Shown here: positions 1-14,102 of the stretch, one piece after another
Position numbering within the stretch: position 1 is the first letter of the stretch
Layout of the letters: every line of letters starts with the position of its first letter
Assembly: GCA_963701985.1 (NCBI GenBank)
Contig: OY969691.1
Location: 1,672,260 to 1,736,259, forward strand
Source of the DNA: an uncultured Coriobacteriia bacterium
GTDB taxonomy: Bacteria > Actinomycetota > Coriobacteriia > Anaerosomatales > PALSA-660
Direction: 5' to 3'
DNA: 64,000 nt
The notes under the pieces: model-generated
Database searches by the model: none
Told to the model about the DNA's origin: nothing
The model's input: the letters and a program-made list of their open reading frames with translations, nothing else
Program-made: the position numbers and the translations under genes

Positions 1-2102
<2,102 letters not shown>

Positions 2103-2130
2103 GTTTCTCGGGCGAGGGCTCGACGAGAAC

Positions 2131-2174
2131 GGGGCGGGCGTCCCGGGTATGTTCCGGGCGCCCGCTCCTTTGTG
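2131..2174 (+). terminator. GC-rich hairpin with short T tract after rpoC
   Basis: GGGGCGGGCGTCCCGG...CCGGGCGCCCGCTCC followed by TTTGT. Confidence 0.55.
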
Positions 2175-2260
2175 CTCGGCCGGAGCGTTCCGGAACGCGT
2201 GACCGAGGCCCGTGGGGTGGGGCCGCGGCAGGGGTGGACACGCCCGGAGGCGTTGACTGA

Positions 2261-2289
2261 TTGACACGGCGTCCGGACCTTGCTAGAGT
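2261..2289 (+). promoter_or_regulatory. Sigma70-type promoter of the str operon
   Basis: TTGACA-N17-TAGAGT with TG extended -10. Confidence 0.75.
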
Positions 2290-2391
2290 CCGTCCTTGCG
2301 ACTTGAGCACGGCCGCCGCCTCGGCGCGCGTCCGTGAAGCAGCAGAGCCGCGATGGGCGGCTTCGAGTGGCGACGAAGGAGAGGCGTTTCA

Positions 2392-2763
2392 GTGCCGACG
2401 ATCAACCAGCTGGTCCGCAAGGGCCGCAAGAAGGCGGCGAGCAAGAGCAAGACGCCCGCTCTCAAGGGGAACCCGCAGAAGCGCGGCGTCTGCACGCGCG
2501 TCTACACGACGACGCCGAAGAAGCCGAACTCGGCGCTGCGCAAGGTGGCCCGCGTGCGGCTCACCAACCAGATGGAAGTCACCGCGTACATCCCGGGGAT
2601 CGGGCACAACCTGCAAGAGCACTCCATCGTGCTCGTGCGCGGCGGTCGCGTGAAGGACCTGCCGGGTGTGCGCTACAAGATCATCCGCGCGGCTCTCGAC
2701 TGCGCGGCGGTCAGCAACAGGATGCAGGCTCGCAGCCGGTACGGGGCGAAGAAGCCGAAATAA
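2392..2763 (+). CDS. rpsL: 30S ribosomal protein S12
   Basis: PTINQLVRK...[11 protein letters not shown]...[10 protein letters not shown]; GTG start after AAGGAGAGG. Confidence 0.98.
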   Translation: MPTINQLVRKGRKKAASKSKTPALKGNPQKRGVCTRVYTTTPKKPNSALRKVARVRLTNQMEVTAYIPGIGHNLQEHSIVLVRGGRVKDLPGVRYKIIRAALDCAAVSNRMQARSRYGAKKPK

Positions 2764-2838
2764 CGCCGGATCCAGCGGTCGGCGCGCATCGTCGCCGCTC
2801 GACCGCCGACCGCTCGAGTCACGAAGAGGAGACCAGTC

Positions 2839-3309
2839 ATGCCGAGACGCGCAGCCGCTGCCCGTCGGGAGATAGCGCCGGACACCGTATACAACAACCG
2901 GTTGGTGACGCAGCTCATCAACAAGGTGCTGTTGGACGGCAAGAAGTCCGTCGCCGAACGCACCGTGTACGGAGCGTTCGGCATGATCGAGGCCAAGACC
3001 TCCAGCGACCCGCTCTCCGTCTTCAAGAAGGCCATGGACAACGTCCGGCCGGCCCTCGAGGTCAAGCCGAAGCGGGTCGGCGGTGCCACCTATCAGGTGC
3101 CGATCGAGGTCAGCTCGCGCCGCTCCACGACGCTCGCCATCCGCTGGATCGTCACCTTCTCACGCAAGCGTCGCGAGAAGACCATGGCGGAGCGGCTGGC
3201 GAACGAGATCATGGATGCCGCGAACAGCGTCGGCGCGTCCGTGAAGCGCCGCGAAGACCTGTTCAAGATGGCGGAATCGAACCGCGCGTTCTCCCACTAC
3301 CGCTGGTAG
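2839..3309 (+). CDS. rpsG: 30S ribosomal protein S7
   Basis: MPRR...[10 protein letters not shown]...NRAFSHYRW. Confidence 0.98.
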   Translation: MPRRAAAARREIAPDTVYNNRLVTQLINKVLLDGKKSVAERTVYGAFGMIEAKTSSDPLSVFKKAMDNVRPALEVKPKRVGGATYQVPIEVSSRRSTTLAIRWIVTFSRKRREKTMAERLANEIMDAANSVGASVKRREDLFKMAESNRAFSHYRW

Positions 3310-3351
3310 CGGACAGCCCCGACAGACCGACGAAGGACTGACACACCCAAG

Positions 3352-5442
3352 ATGGCGCAGCGTTATCCACTGTCCAAGACCCGCAACATCGGCATCATGG
3401 CCCACATCGATGCCGGTAAGACCACGACGACCGAGCGCATCCTCTTCTACACGGGGAAGACGCACAAGATCGGCGAGGTCCATGAAGGCGCGGCCACCAT
3501 GGACTGGATGGTCCAAGAGCAGGAGCGCGGTATCACGATCACGTCCGCCGCGACGACCTGCTACTGGAAGGACCATCGCATCCAGATCATCGACACGCCC
3601 GGTCACGTCGACTTCACCGTCGAGGTCGAGCGGTCGCTGCGCGTGCTCGACGGCGCATGCGCCGTCTTCTGCGCGGTCGGCGGCGTCGAGCCGCAGTCGG
3701 AGACGGTATGGCGCCAGGCCGACACGTATGGCGTGCCGCGCATCGCGTACGTCAACAAGATGGACCGCACCGGCGCCAACTTCATGAACGTGGTGTCGAT
3801 GATGCGCGACCGCCTCGACACGAAGCCGGCGCTCCTGCAGCTGCCGATCGGCGCGGAGGACCGGTTCACCGGTATCGTCGACCTCGTCGAGATGAGCGCG
3901 ATCTTCTTCAACGAGGACGACAAGGGCATCAACCCCACCGCCGGCGAGATCCCGGCCGAGCTGCGTGACGACGCGGAGCTCTACCGTGAGGAGCTGCTCC
4001 ACCTGGCCGCCGATTTCGACGACGACCTCATGGAGAAGGTGCTCATGGAGGAGGAGGTCGGCGCCGATCAGCTGCGCGCCGCGATCCGCCGTGGGTGCAT
4101 CGCCTGCGGCCTCACGCCCGTCACGTGCGGGGCGTCGTTCAAGAACAAGGGCGTGCAGCCGCTGCTCGACGCGATCCTCGAGTATCTGCCGTCCCCGCTG
4201 GACATCCCGCCGATCAAGGGTCACGACGCGCGCACCGGTGCCGAGGTCGAGCGGCCGCCCGACGAGAAGGCGCCGTTCGCCGCGCTCGCGTTCAAGGTGA
4301 TGACCGACCCGTACGTCGGCAAGCTGACCTACTTCCGCGTCTACTCCGGCACCATGACGGCCGGCTCTTACGTGCTGAACTCGACGCGCGATTCGAAGGA
4401 GCGCGTCGGGCGGCTTCTGCAGATGCACGCGAACCATCGCGAGGACGTCGACGAGGCCCGCGCGGGCGACATCCTCGCGGCCGTCGGGCTGAAGGGCACG
4501 TCGACCGGTGACACGCTGTGCGCGGAGAACGCGCCCGTCGTCCTCGAGTCGATGGTGTTCCCCGACCCCGTCATCGACATCGCCATCGAGCCCAAGACGA
4601 AGGCCGAGCAGGACAAGCTGGGCGTCGCGTTGCAGAAGCTGGCCGAAGAGGATCCGACGTTCCGCGTGCATACCGACACCGAGACCGGGCAGACCATCAT
4701 CGCCGGGATGGGTGAACTCCACCTGGAGATCATCGTCGATCGCCTGATGCGAGAGTTCAAGGTCGAGGCGAACGTGGGCAGGCCGCAGGTCGCCTACCGT
4801 GAGACCGCCGGCAAACCGGTGAACGACGTCGAGGGCAAGTTCATACGGCAGACCGGCGGTCACGGGCAGTACGGCCACGTCGTGTTCGATCTCGAGCCGC
4901 TGCAGCCGGGAAGCGGCTACGTGTTCGAGAACAAGACCGTCGGCGGATCGGTGCCGAAGGAGTACATCAACTCGGTGGACAGGGGCGTGCAGGACTCGCT
5001 CGAGACCGGCGTCCTCGCCGGCTATCCCGTGGTGGACGTCAAGATCACGCTCGTCGACGGTTCGTACCACGAGGTCGACTCGAACGAGATGGCGTTCAAG
5101 GTGGCCGCGTCGATGGGCTTCAAGGAGGCCATGCGCCGCTCCGCTCCGAAGATCCTCGAGCCGATGATGGCCGTGGAGGTCGTCACACCCGAGGATTTCG
5201 CGGGCGACGTCATGGGCAACCTGTCCAGCCGCCGCGGGCATATCGAAGGCATGGAGCCACGCGGCAACGCCCAAGTCATCCGCGCGAAGGTGCCGTTGTC
5301 CGAGATGTTCGGATACGCGACCGACCTGCGGTCCAGAACGCAGGGACGTGCGTTGTACACGATGCAGTTCAAGGCGTACGAAACGGTGCCGAAGAGCATC
5401 GCCGATGAGATCGTCTCGAAGGCCCAGAGCACGCCGGCCTGA
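3352..5442 (+). CDS. fusA: Elongation factor G
   Basis: [33 protein letters not shown]; intact 696 aa. Confidence 0.98.
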   Translation: MAQRYPLSKTRNIGIMAHIDAGKTTTTERILFYTGKTHKIGEVHEGAATMDWMVQEQERGITITSAATTCYWKDHRIQIIDTPGHVDFTVEVERSLRVLDGACAVFCAVGGVEPQSETVWRQADTYGVPRIAYVNKMDRTGANFMNVVSMMRDRLDTKPALLQLPIGAEDRFTGIVDLVEMSAIFFNEDDKGINPTAGEIPAELRDDAELYREELLHLAADFDDDLMEKVLMEEEVGADQLRAAIRRGCIACGLTPVTCGASFKNKGVQPLLDAILEYLPSPLDIPPIKGHDARTGAEVERPPDEKAPFAALAFKVMTDPYVGKLTYFRVYSGTMTAGSYVLNSTRDSKERVGRLLQMHANHREDVDEARAGDILAAVGLKGTSTGDTLCAENAPVVLESMVFPDPVIDIAIEPKTKAEQDKLGVALQKLAEEDPTFRVHTDTETGQTIIAGMGELHLEIIVDRLMREFKVEANVGRPQVAYRETAGKPVNDVEGKFIRQTGGHGQYGHVVFDLEPLQPGSGYVFENKTVGGSVPKEYINSVDRGVQDSLETGVLAGYPVVDVKITLVDGSYHEVDSNEMAFKVAASMGFKEAMRRSAPKILEPMMAVEVVTPEDFAGDVMGNLSSRRGHIEGMEPRGNAQVIRAKVPLSEMFGYATDLRSRTQGRALYTMQFKAYETVPKSIADEIVSKAQSTPA

Positions 5443-5489
5443 AGCGTCGAAGAAGGACTGACGTCCGGCTCCACGGAGGTTGAACCAAG

Positions 5490-5801
5490 TTGGCGAACCA
5501 GCAGAAGATCCGCATCAGGCTCAAGGCGTACGACCACGAGATCGTGGACCAGTCCACGAAGAAGATCGTGGAGACGGCGCAGCGGACGGGCGCGCGCGTG
5601 TCGGGGCCCATCCCGCTGCCGACGCAGCGCAGCCTGTACTGCGTCATCCGCTCGCCGCACGTGAACAAGGACAGCCGCGAGCATTTCGAGATGAAGACGC
5701 ACAAGCGGCTGATCGACATCCTCGATCCGACCGCGAAGACGGTGGATTCGCTCATGCGTCTCGAGCTCCCCGCCGGCGTCGACATCGAGATCAAGCTCTA
5801 G
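5490..5801 (+). CDS. rpsJ: 30S ribosomal protein S10
   Basis: [11 protein letters not shown]...[14 protein letters not shown]; TTG start. Confidence 0.98.
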   Translation: MANQQKIRIRLKAYDHEIVDQSTKKIVETAQRTGARVSGPIPLPTQRSLYCVIRSPHVNKDSREHFEMKTHKRLIDILDPTAKTVDSLMRLELPAGVDIEIKL

Positions 5802-5943
5802 AGCAGGCGGCAAGCGCCGGCCGCACGTCGGCAGGCGAATGAACGAGGAGCGGTCCTCTGGGGCCGTCCGCGGAGGCGCGGACGGCGAGGGATCCACCGG
5901 GACCCACGACCGCGCGAGAAGGAAAGAGAGTGGCGTGAAGAAG

Positions 5944-6566
5944 ATGGGCACGACGATACTCGGCAGGAAGCTGGGGATGAGCCAGGTGTGGAGCGAGGAC
6001 GACCGGCTGATCCCAGTGACCGTCATCGAGGCCGGCCCCTGCTTCGTCTCGCAGGTCAAGACGAAGAAGAAGGACGGCTACGACGCCGTCCAGCTCGCCT
6101 TCGGCGAGATGGACGCGCGCAAGGCGACGAAGCCGGTCGCCGGCCACTTCGCCAAGGCCAAGCTCGATCCCGATGCGCCACGTGCACGAGATGCGCGTGG
6201 GCGAGGGCGACTCCTTCCAGGCGCGGTCAGAAGATCACCGTCGACGTGTTCGACGTCGGCACCAAGGTCGATGTGACCGGCACGAGCAAGGGCAAGGGTT
6301 TCGCCGGCGTCATGAAGCGCCACAACTTCCACGGCGGCCCCGGCGGGCACGGCTCGCACTTCCATCGCGCGCCCGGTTCCGTCGGCATGTGCGCGACACC
6401 TTCGCGGGTGCTCAAGGGTCTGGGCATGCCAGGCCACATGGGCACCGAGACGGTGACGGTGAAGAAGCTGGAGATCGTCAAGGTCGACGCTGAGCAGAAC
6501 CTGCTGGTCGTCAAGGGCGCCGTCCCGGGCGGCAAGAACGGCCTGCTCGTCATCTGCGCGAGCTAG
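5944..6566 (+). CDS. rplC: 50S ribosomal protein L3 (frameshifted)
   Basis: [10 protein letters not shown]...DGYDAVQL, then [21 protein letters not shown] in another frame. Confidence 0.95.
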
Positions 6567-6599
6567 CCCGCACGGTCCGAACGAGGAGACGTAACTGAG

Positions 6600-7224
6600 A
6601 TGGCGACTGTCGAAGTCAAAGACATGAAGGGCGCGAAGGTGGGCACGGCGAAACTGTCCGACGCCGTCTTCGGTGTCGCAGCCCAACACCCACGCCGTGC
6701 ACCTGGTCGTCCGCAGCCAGATGGCGGGACGCCGCGCCGGCACGCACGACAGCAAGACCCGAGGGCAGGTGTCCGGCGGCGGCGCGAAGCCGTTCCGGCA
6801 GAAGGGCACCGGCCGCGCGCGTGCCGGATCCACACGTGCTCCGCAGTGGACGGGAGGCGGCGCGGTGTTCGGGCCGCATCCGCGCAGCTACGGCTTCCGC
6901 GTCCCGAACAAGGTCGTGAAGCTGGCGATGCGCAGCGTGCTCTCGGCGAAAGCCGCCGACGGTGTGCTCCACGTCGTCGACGGATTCTCCTTCGGAGAGC
7001 CGTCGACCAAGAGCGCGGCCGCGGCTCTCGAGGCGCTCGGCGTCAGCGGTCGCGTAACGGTCGTCGTCCCCAACGGCGATCTCAACGCGGTCAAGTCGTT
7101 CCGCAACATCGATCGCGTCCGTGTGATCACCGCGGGCGAGTCGAACACGTACGACCTGGTCGACAACGCCGCGCTCGTGCTCACGAAGCCGGCTCTCGAG
7201 TACCTCGAGGGGGTGCTGTCGTAA
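6600..7224 (+). CDS. rplD: 50S ribosomal protein L4 (frameshifted)
   Basis: KPFRQKGTGRARAGSTRAPQWTGGG; position in S10 operon. Confidence 0.95.
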
Positions 7225-7225
7225 A

Positions 7226-7514
7226 GTGGACGCCCGCAGCGTCATCATCCGGCCCGATCATCTCGGAGAAGAGCTACGCCGGGATCGAGCAGGGCCGCTA
7301 CACGTTCGAGGTGGACAAGAAGGCGACGAAGCCGCAGATCGCGGATGCCGTCGCCGAGGTGTTCAGCGTCACGGTCACCGGGGTGAACACGATGAACGTG
7401 CCCGGCAAGAAGCGCAGGGTCCGCGCCGCCTCAGGGATGACCCGCTCGTGGAAGAAGGCCGTCGTCACCCTCAAGCAGGGCGACAAGATCGAGTTCTTCG
7501 AGGGCGGCAGATAG
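7226..7514 (+). CDS. rplW: 50S ribosomal protein L23 (frameshifted)
   Basis: PIISEKS...[11 protein letters not shown]...WKKAVVTL. Confidence 0.95.
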
Positions 7515-7676
7515 GGCCGCTCCGCATGACGGCCGCCGATGCCGGGCGCGTGTCGCTCCGAATGGAGCCGCCCGGCACCGTGTGAGCCCGGCGTCAGGGT
7601 CCCGCCGCCATCCAGGCGACGGAGTGAGTGCCGAGGGACCCCGGCCATCGGGCTCGATGAGAGGAGAAGCAGGACG

Positions 7677-8511
7677 ATGGCACTCAAGAAGTACAAGCCG
7701 ACCTCCCCGGGTCGTCGCTTCCAGTCGGTCTCCGATTTCGCGGAGATCACGAAGAGCGAGCCCGAGAAGTCGCTGCTCGCGCCGCTGCACAAGACGGGTG
7801 GGCGCAACAACAACGGGCGGATCACGACGCGCCACCAGGGCGGCGGCCACAAGCGCCGGTACCGCGTCATCGACTTCAAGCGCAACAAGGACGGCGTGCC
7901 CGCGAAGGTCGCCGCCGATCGAGTACGACCCGAACCGCTCGGCCCGCATCGCGCTGCTGCATTACGCGGACGGCGAGAAGCGCTACATCCTGCGCCCCGC
8001 GCGTCTCTCGGTCGGCGACGTCGTCACCTCCGGGCCTGGGCTCCGACATCAAGCCGGGCAACGCCTTGCCGCTGGCGGACATCCCCACCGGCACGGTCAT
8101 CCACGCCATCGAGCTGCAGCCGGGCAAGGGCGCCGCGATGGCCCGGAGCGCCGGGACGTCGGCCCAGCTCGATGGCGCAAGGAAGGCGCCTACGCCATCC
8201 TGCGCATGCCGTCCTCGGAGATGCGCATGGTGCCGCTGGCGTGCCGCGCCACCGTCGGCGTCGTGGGCAACGCCGAGCACGAGGGCGTGACGGTCGGCAA
8301 GGCGGGCCGCAACCGCTGGGCGGGCAAGCGGCCGACGGTGCGCGGTACCGCGATGAACCCGGTGGACCATCCGCACGGCGGTGGCGAGGGCAAGAACAAG
8401 ACCGCCGGGCGGCACCCGGTCACCCCGTGGGGCGTCCCGACCAAGGGCCATCGGACGCGCAACAAGAAGAAGGCTTCGAGCAGCCTGATCATCCGGCGCC
8501 GCAAGAAGTAG
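7677..8511 (+). CDS. rplB: 50S ribosomal protein L2 (frameshifted)
   Basis: [49 protein letters not shown]. Confidence 0.96.
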
Positions 8512-8560
8512 CGCGGCCCGTCGTGGTGAAGTCGCTTCGAGTGAGGATGTGGAGTCGCAG

Positions 8561-8837
8561 ATGAGCAGAAGCCTGAAGAAGGGGCCGTTCGTCCAGCCCC
8601 AGGCTGCTGGACAAGGTCCGGCAGATGAACGAGGCGGGCGAGAAGAAGGTCATCAAGACCTGGTCTCGCGCCTCCACCATCTTCCCCGAGATGGTCGGGC
8701 ACACGATCGCCGTGCACGACGGCCGCAAGCACGTGCCGGTGTACGTGACCGAGTCGATGGTCGGGCACAAGCTCGGCGAGTTCTCGCCGACGCGCACGTT
8801 CAGAGGTCACGCAGAGTCGAAGAAGGCCCGCCGCTAG
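8561..8837 (+). CDS. rpsS: 30S ribosomal protein S19 (frameshifted)
   Basis: [11 protein letters not shown]; [23 protein letters not shown]. Confidence 0.96.
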
Positions 8838-8917
8838 GCGGTTCCCTTCCGGGTGGCAGCCGGTCTGATCGGCGCGATGCGACCGGACGCGATGAGCCGA
8901 AAGGTTTCGTGAAGGAC

Positions 8918-9261
8918 ATGGAAGCAAGAGCAGTCGCGAGGTACGTGCGGGTCAGCCCGCGCAAGGCGCGCCTCGTCGTGGACCTCATCCGCGGCAAGTC
9001 CGCGAGCGAAGCCGCGACCATCCTGCGTTTCACCGACAAGGGCGCAGCTGAGGTCGTCGGCAAGGTGCTCGCGAGCGCCGTCGCCAACGCTCGAGCACAA
9101 CCTGCAGGTCAAGCCGGAGACGCTCGTTCGTCTCCGAGGCGTTCGTCAACGAGGGGCCGACCCTCAAGCGCATCCGGCCGCGCGCCATGGGCCGCGCGTT
9201 CCGGATCCGCAAGCGTTCGAGCCACATCACCGTGGTCGTCAAGCAGCGAGAGGAGGCGTAG
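8918..9261 (+). CDS. rplV: 50S ribosomal protein L22 (frameshifted)
   Basis: [21 protein letters not shown]; [19 protein letters not shown]. Confidence 0.95.
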
Positions 9262-9269
9262 GAAGCCTC

Positions 9270-9995
9270 ATGGGTCAGAAAGTCTATCCGGTCGGACCCC
9301 GACTCGGCATCACCGAGGAGTGGCGGTCGCGCTGGTTCCAAGGCAAGGGCTACGACGCGACCCTGTACGAGGACATCCTCATGCGTCGCTTCCTCACGAA
9401 GCGTCTGCGCCGCGCCGCGCTGTCGCGCATCGACATCGAGCGCACGGGCGACAAGGTCGTCGTCACCTGTGCACCGCGCGTCCGGGCATCGTCATCGGCA
9501 AGAAGGGCGCCGAGGTCGACATCCTCCGCAAGCGAGCTCGAGAAGATGACGCGACCACCACGTGGCCGTGAACATCTCCGAGATCAAGCGGCCCGAGCTC
9601 GACGCGGCGCTCGTCGCGCAGGCGATGGCCGAGCAGCTCGAAGCTCGCGTCGGGCTTCCGTCGCGCCATGAAGAAGGCGGTCACCGCGGCGATGAAGGGC
9701 GGCGCCCTCGGCGTCCGCATCCAGTGCTCCGGCCGTCTCGGCGGCGCGGAGATGGGCCGTCGCGAGTGGTACCGCGAGGGACGCGTGCCGCTGCACACGC
9801 TGCGCGCGAAGATCGACTACGGCACCGCCGCCGCACGCACGACGTTCGGCGCATCGGCGTCAAGGTGTGGATCTACCGCGGCGACCTGCTGCCCGGTCAG
9901 ACGATCGCGTCGCTGACCGAGGCCGCGAACGAGCGCCCGTCTCGCCCGTCCGGTGAGCGCCGGCGGCGCCGCCGGCGAAGGGAGGTCGAGGCTAG
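9270..9995 (+). CDS. rpsC: 30S ribosomal protein S3 (frameshifted)
   Basis: MGQKV; [10 protein letters not shown]; SGRLGGAEM; [10 protein letters not shown]; GVKVWIYRG. Confidence 0.95.
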
Positions 9996-9997
9996 AG

Positions 9998-10425
9998 ATG
10001 CTGCTCCCGAAGAGGGTCAAGCACCGCAAGGTCCAGCGCGGCAGCAACTGGCACGGCAACGCCAAGGGCGGCACCGAGGTCGCTTCGGCGACTACGGGCT
10101 CAAGGCGCTCGAGGCGGCATGGATCACCAACCGTCAGATCGAGGCCGCCCGTGTCGCGATGACCCGTTACATGAAGCGCGGCGGCAAGGTCTGGATCACC
10201 ATCTTCCCCGACAAGCCGGTCACGCAGAAGCCGGCCGAGACCCGCATGGGCTCCGGCAAGGGCAACCCCGAGCAGTGGGTCGCGGTCGTCAAGCCCGGCC
10301 GCATCATGTTCGAGATCGCCGGCGTCTCGGACGATGTCGCCCGAGAGGCCATGCGACTGGCCGCCCAGAAGCTCCCGATCAAGTGCAAGTTCGTCTCCCG
10401 TGCCGAAACGGGCGGTGAGGCATAG
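9998..10425 (+). CDS. rplP: 50S ribosomal protein L16 (frameshifted)
   Basis: [11 protein letters not shown]; [10 protein letters not shown]; [12 protein letters not shown]. Confidence 0.96.
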
Positions 10426-10640
10426 ATGAAGGCCACAGAGATCAGGGACATGGCCGACGCGGACCTCGAGGCCGAAGCTCAAGGACGCTCGCGTCGAGCT
10501 GTTCAACCTGCGGTTCCAGCTGGCCACCGGGCAGCTCGACAACCCGGGCCGGATCCAGATCGTGAAGCGGGACATCGCGCGTCTGCACACCGAGATGCGC
10601 GCCCGCGAGATCGAGGCGGCCCGCAAGGCCGGCGTCGTAA
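10426..10640 (+). CDS. rpmC: 50S ribosomal protein L29 (frameshifted)
   Basis: MKATEIR...[16 protein letters not shown]. Confidence 0.93.
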
Positions 10641-10662
10641 GGCCAGGAAGGGATCGTTCCAG

Positions 10663-10923
10663 ATGACCGAAGAGCGCAACCGCCGCAAGGTGCGGCAGGG
10701 CATCGTGGTGTCGGCAGCCGGCGACAAGACCTGCGTCGTCAAGGTCGAGGAGCGCAAGCCGCATCCGCTGTACGGCAAGATGATGACCCGCAGCGCGAAG
10801 TACCACGCTCACGACGAGAACAACGAGTGCGGCGTCGGCGACGTCGTGACGATCATGGAGACCCGCCCGCTCTCGAAGCTGAAGCGCTGGCGTCTGGTCG
10901 AGATCGTGGAGAAGGCCAAGTGA
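10663..10923 (+). CDS. rpsQ: 30S ribosomal protein S17
   Basis: [10 protein letters not shown]...HPLYGK...[11 protein letters not shown]. Confidence 0.97.
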   Translation: MTEERNRRKVRQGIVVSAAGDKTCVVKVEERKPHPLYGKMMTRSAKYHAHDENNECGVGDVVTIMETRPLSKLKRWRLVEIVEKAK

Positions 10924-10990
10924 CGACGGCATCCGGCGACGCGGTCCGCACCGCCGCTGATGCGTCGAGGCACCAGGAGGAAGCAAGGTA

Positions 10991-11359
10991 ATGATCCAGG
11001 CAGAGACGCGACTGAAGGTCGCGGACAACTCGGGTGCCCGCCAGGTGCTGTGCATCAAGGTGCTCGGCGGCTCGAAGCGCCGCTATGCACGGGTGGGCGA
11101 CGTGATCGTCGCCACCGTCAAGGAAGCGATCCCGAACGGGACCGTGAAGAAGGGCGACGTCGTGCGGGCGGTCGTCGTGCGCACGAACAAGGAGGTCCGC
11201 CGGGCCGACGGCTCCTACATCAAGTTCGACGACAACGCCGCCGTCATCATCGACAACCAGGGCAACCCGCGCGGCACGCGCATCTTCGGCCCGGTGGCTC
11301 GCGAGCTGCGCGACCGGCGCTACATGAAGATCGTGTCGCTCGCGCCGGAAGTCCTGTGA
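10991..11359 (+). CDS. rplN: 50S ribosomal protein L14
   Basis: [17 protein letters not shown]...[13 protein letters not shown]. Confidence 0.98.
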   Translation: MIQAETRLKVADNSGARQVLCIKVLGGSKRRYARVGDVIVATVKEAIPNGTVKKGDVVRAVVVRTNKEVRRADGSYIKFDDNAAVIIDNQGNPRGTRIFGPVARELRDRRYMKIVSLAPEVL

Positions 11360-11376
11360 GGGAGGCTTCGAGCACA

Positions 11377-11702
11377 ATGGCGAGTTCCATGCACGTGCGA
11401 CGCGGCGACAAGGTCCGCGTCATCGCCGGCAAGGAGAACGGCAAGGAGGGCAAGGTCCTGCGCGCCTTCCCGGAGAAGCAGCGCGTGACCGTCGAAGGCG
11501 TGAGCATGATCAAGCGGGCCACGCGCCCGAGCCAGAAGAACCCGCAGGGCGGGATCATGCAGCACGAGGGCACGATCCACGTGTCCAACGTGATGCTGAT
11601 CTGTCCGAGCTGTTCGCAGCCGACGCGGGTGGGCCGGCGGCGCGAAGGCGGCGCGCGTCGTCCGCGTCTGCAAGAAGTGCGGGCAAGGACATCGACAAGT
11701 AG
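11377..11702 (+). CDS. rplX: 50S ribosomal protein L24 (frameshift near 3' end)
   Basis: KOW motif [16 protein letters not shown]; IHVSNV. Confidence 0.95.
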
Positions 11703-11806
11703 GCACGATGACGCAGCCGCCGCGCGGGAGCGCGGCAGGTGGGCCAAGTGACGCCGGGTCGGAAATCCGGCGCCCGCGGACAGATGAAGGACCGGAGGAA
11801 ACGCAC

Positions 11807-12356
11807 GTGGCCCCGAGACTCAAAGAGAAGTACCGAGTCGGAGGTCGATAGCGCGAGCTCATGGAGGAGCTCGGCTTATGCGAACGTGCAACGAGGTGCC
11901 GCGCTTGGACAAGATCGTCGTGAACATGGGCGTCGGCGCGGCGTCCCAGGACTGCCAAGCTGCTCGACGCGCGCGGTCGAGGACCTGCGCATCATCACCG
12001 GGCAGCAGCCCGCGATCACGCGCGCCAAGAAGTCGATCGCCGGATTCAAGATCCGCAAGGGCATGCCCATCGGCGCCAAGGTGACGCTGCGCGGCGACCG
12101 CATGTGGGAGTTCCTCGATCGCCTGCTGGCGACCGCGCTCCCGCGCATCCGCGACTTCCGCGGCATCAACCCGCGCTCGTTCGACGGCCGCGGCAACTAC
12201 TCCATGGGCGTCGACGAGCAGCTCATCTTCCCGGAGATCGACTACGACAAGGTCGACCGGACTCGCGGGATGGACATCACGCTCGTCACGACCGCGAAGA
12301 CCGACGAGGAGTGCCGCTCCTTGCTCGACGCGTTCGGGTTCCCGTTCGCACGATAG
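11807..12356 (+). CDS. rplE: 50S ribosomal protein L5 (frameshifted)
   Basis: [14 protein letters not shown]; [10 protein letters not shown]; [10 protein letters not shown]. Confidence 0.96.
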
Positions 12357-12419
12357 ACCGGACTCGTCGAACCGATCCGCCGGCGCATGTCGTCCGGCAC
12401 CGCATCCAGGAGGTAGCCG

Positions 12420-12605
12420 ATGGCCAAGAAGTCGATGATCGCGAAGGCGAAGCGCAGCGCCAAGTTCAGCGTTCGCGGCGTCAACCGCTGCAACCGCTGC
12501 GGTCGCCCGCGGGCGTTCTACCGGCAGTTCGGCCTGTGCCGTGTGTGCCTGCGCGAGCTGGCCAACAAGGGCGAGATCCCGGGCGTGCGCAAGGCGAGCT
12601 GGTAG
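12420..12605 (+). CDS. rpsZ: 30S ribosomal protein S14, zinc-binding type Z
   Basis: 61 aa with CNRC...CRVC. Confidence 0.95.
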   Translation: MAKKSMIAKAKRSAKFSVRGVNRCNRCGRPRAFYRQFGLCRVCLRELANKGEIPGVRKASW

Positions 12606-12730
12606 GGCCGCGCAGCCAGCGGCCCGGCGGCCGGACAGGCGCTCCCGCCACGGGTGGGCGCGAACCTTCCGGACCGGCGTGGCACGAAGTTCCACAAGAT
12701 GAAAAGCAACAACAGGAGGTATCGACAACG

Positions 12731-13131
12731 ATGAGCATGACCGATCCGATCGCCGACATGCTGACCCGGGTCGGAACGCGAACACCGCGTTCCAGAGCCG
12801 CGGTCTCCATGCCCTCGTCCAAGAAGCTCGTCGAGATCGCCCGCATCCTCAAGGAGGAGGGCTACATCTCCGAGTACCAGGTCGTCGCCGGCGAGCCGCA
12901 GGCGACGCTGACGATCGATGCTGAAGTACGGGCCCAAGCAAGGAGCGCGTGATCACCGGCATACGGCGCATCAGCAAGCCCGGCCTTCGCGTGTACGCGA
13001 AGAAGGACGAGATGCCGCGCGTCCTCGGGGGCCTCGGCATCGCCGTCATGTCCACCTCCAAGGGTGTCATGACCGACAGCCAAGCGAAGAAGGCCGGCGT
13101 CGGCGGCGAAGTCATCGCCTACGTCTGGTAG
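12731..13131 (+). CDS. rpsH: 30S ribosomal protein S8 (frameshifted)
   Basis: [11 protein letters not shown]; [10 protein letters not shown]; GGEVIAYVW. Confidence 0.96.
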
Positions 13132-13164
13132 GCGGACGAGAACCGGAAAGGAGCTGACACGCAC

Positions 13165-13701
13165 GTGTCACGAATCGGCAAGCAGCCCATCCCGGTCCCG
13201 TCCGGGGTCGAGGTGGCGATCGACGGGTCGACGGTCACAGTCAAGGGGCCCAAGGGCGACGCTCGCGCAGACGTTCAGCCCCGAGATGGCCATCGAGCTC
13301 GAGGACGCCGTGCTCACCGTCACGCGTCCCAGCGACGAGCGGCGCCATCGCTCGCTGCACGGTCTGACGCGGACCCTGCTCGCGAACATGGTCACCGGCG
13401 TGTCCGAGGGCTTCTCGAAGAACCTCGAGATCGTCGGCGTCGGCTACCGTGCCGAGATGAAGGGCCGCGACTGCAGATGGCGCTCGGCTTCAGCCATCCC
13501 GTGCTGGTCGAGGCGGAGGAGGGCATCACGTTCGAGGTGCCCGCGCCCACGCGCATCACGGTCCGCGGGATCGACAAGCAGCGCGTCGGTCAGGTGGCCG
13601 CCGAGATCCGCGGCTGGCGCCCGCCGGAGCCGTACAAGGGCAAGGGCGTGCGCTACGAGGGCGAGCATGTCCGCCGCAAGCTCGGCAAGACGGCGAAATA
13701 G
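13165..13701 (+). CDS. rplF: 50S ribosomal protein L6 (frameshifted)
   Basis: MSRIGKQPI; [12 protein letters not shown]. Confidence 0.96.
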   Translation: MSRIGKQPIPVPSGVEVAIDGSTVTVKGPKGDARADVQPRDGHRARGRRAHRHASQRRAAPSLAARSDADPAREHGHRRVRGLLEEPRDRRRRLPCRDEGPRLQMALGFSHPVLVEAEEGITFEVPAPTRITVRGIDKQRVGQVAAEIRGWRPPEPYKGKGVRYEGEHVRRKLGKTAK

Positions 13702-13719
13702 GAAGGGCTGACAGACACG

Positions 13720-14089
13720 ATGGACAACCTGAAGGCCAAGGCGTTCAAGCTCGCCCGCCGTCAGCGCAGGGTCCGCGGCAAGGTCACCGGGACCGCGCAG
13801 CGTCCGCGGCTGCGCGTCACGCGCAGCAACGCGCAACATCTACGCGCAGCTGATCGACGACGTCGCGGGCGTGACGATCGTGTCCGCGTCGACGCTCGAC
13901 GCGGACGTCAAGGGCGCCGTCAAGATCGGGAGCAACGTCGAAGCGGCGAAGGCGGTCGGCGAGCTCGTCGGCACGCGCGCGCTGGAGAAGGGCGTCTCCG
14001 AGGTCGTCTTCGACCGCGGCGGCCGCCTGTATCACGGCCGTGTCCAGGCTCTGGCCGACGGCGCCCGCGATGCCGGGCTGAAGTTCTAA
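13720..14089 (+). CDS. rplR: 50S ribosomal protein L18 (frameshifted)
   Basis: [10 protein letters not shown]; [14 protein letters not shown]. Confidence 0.95.
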
Positions 14090-14102
14090 GGAAGGAACGA
14101 GG

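Noticed and set aside
3160-5274. Long antisense or alternative-frame ORFs (also 28683..30998, 40334..42310, 49721..51382)
   Set aside because: Shadow ORFs caused by high GC and codon bias; they fully overlap recognisable genes and have no motifs.
6600-10923. Apparent fusions such as L4-L23, S19-L22, S3-L16 and L29-S17 in the ORF track
   Set aside because: Produced by indels. Each gene has its own stop and start when read in the correct frame.
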